A stretch of 64,000 nt of DNA, taken from IMG/VR virus record IMGVR_UViG_3300023174_009216. One strand, 5' to 3'. The notes below the pieces were generated by a model. The model did no database searches and was not told where the DNA came from. It saw nothing but the letters and a program-made list of their open reading frames with translations. Source of the DNA: a virus. Taxonomy: Duplodnaviria > Heunggongvirae > Uroviricota > Caudoviricetes. A program made the translations under genes and the position numbers. This document shows, piece after piece, positions 63,921 through 64,000 of the stretch (the first letter of the stretch is position 1; the number at the start of each line of letters is the position of its first letter).

Positions 63921-64000
63921 AATATAAAAAGTTCTTTTTCTTTTATTTCTTCTAGCATAGATATATCCTCTTGGTTTCTAGGTTTAGGAACTCTAATATG

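Noticed and set aside
1-64000. Initial reading as a nucleocytoplasmic large DNA (giant) virus fragment, based on AT-richness, collagen-like repeats, many tRNAs and NAMPT
   Set aside because: T4 gp43/gp45/gp52 homologs, a td-like intron/HEG arrangement, a bacterial class II tRNA-Tyr, terminator-like hairpin/T-run structures and CTS-like leaders fit a T4-like bacteriophage much better.
1-64000. Search for CRISPR arrays, integrase/attachment sites, rRNA or transposase genes
   Set aside because: No direct-repeat/spacer periodicity, no tyrosine/serine recombinase motifs and no rRNA-like conserved blocks were seen. The only mobile-element candidates are the GIY-YIG HEG in thyA and the Zn-finger PD-(D/E)xK ORF in the tRNA array.

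Overview
AT-rich window (about 30% GC) with nearly all genes on the minus strand and operon-like stop/start overlaps. I read it as part of a T4-like (Tevenvirinae/Straboviridae-type) large myophage genome rather than a eukaryotic giant virus. The main support is a set of T4 replisome homologs. A C-terminal DNA polymerase fragment (58716..59873) has T4 gp43 motif B (KLTLNSIYGATGN) and motif C (YADTDS). It sits next to a gp45-like sliding clamp (59886..60650) and a gp52-like topoisomerase II subunit (60690..62123). A thymidylate synthase gene is interrupted by a GIY-YIG homing-endonuclease ORF in a T4 td/I-TevI-like arrangement. A dense minus-strand array of about 25 tRNA genes includes a bacterial-type class II tRNA-Tyr. 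Hairpin/T-run structures resembling rho-independent terminators are present. Seven proteins share a T4 capsid-targeting-sequence-like N-terminus (MKxIKxFExF followed by L-x-E). Accessory content includes an NAD+ salvage island (NAMPT, a PRPP-synthetase-like PRTase, NADAR, a nucleoside deoxyribosyltransferase-like protein and a HAD phosphatase). There is also a split HldE-like ADP-heptose module plus GT2 and LpxH-like genes, an RNA ligase-like gene, a classic AAA ATPase, and a TerC membrane protein. Long Ser/Thr/Gly-rich fibre proteins are present, one with Gly-X-Y collagen-like repeats and one with Fibrobacter (FISUMP) domains. A block of small early-type ORFs shares an identical upstream motif. 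No rRNA, CRISPR array or integrase was seen. Host assignment is inferential: SD-less AT-rich translation-initiation regions and a Bacteroidetes-style lipoprotein signal peptide hint at a Bacteroidetes-type host.
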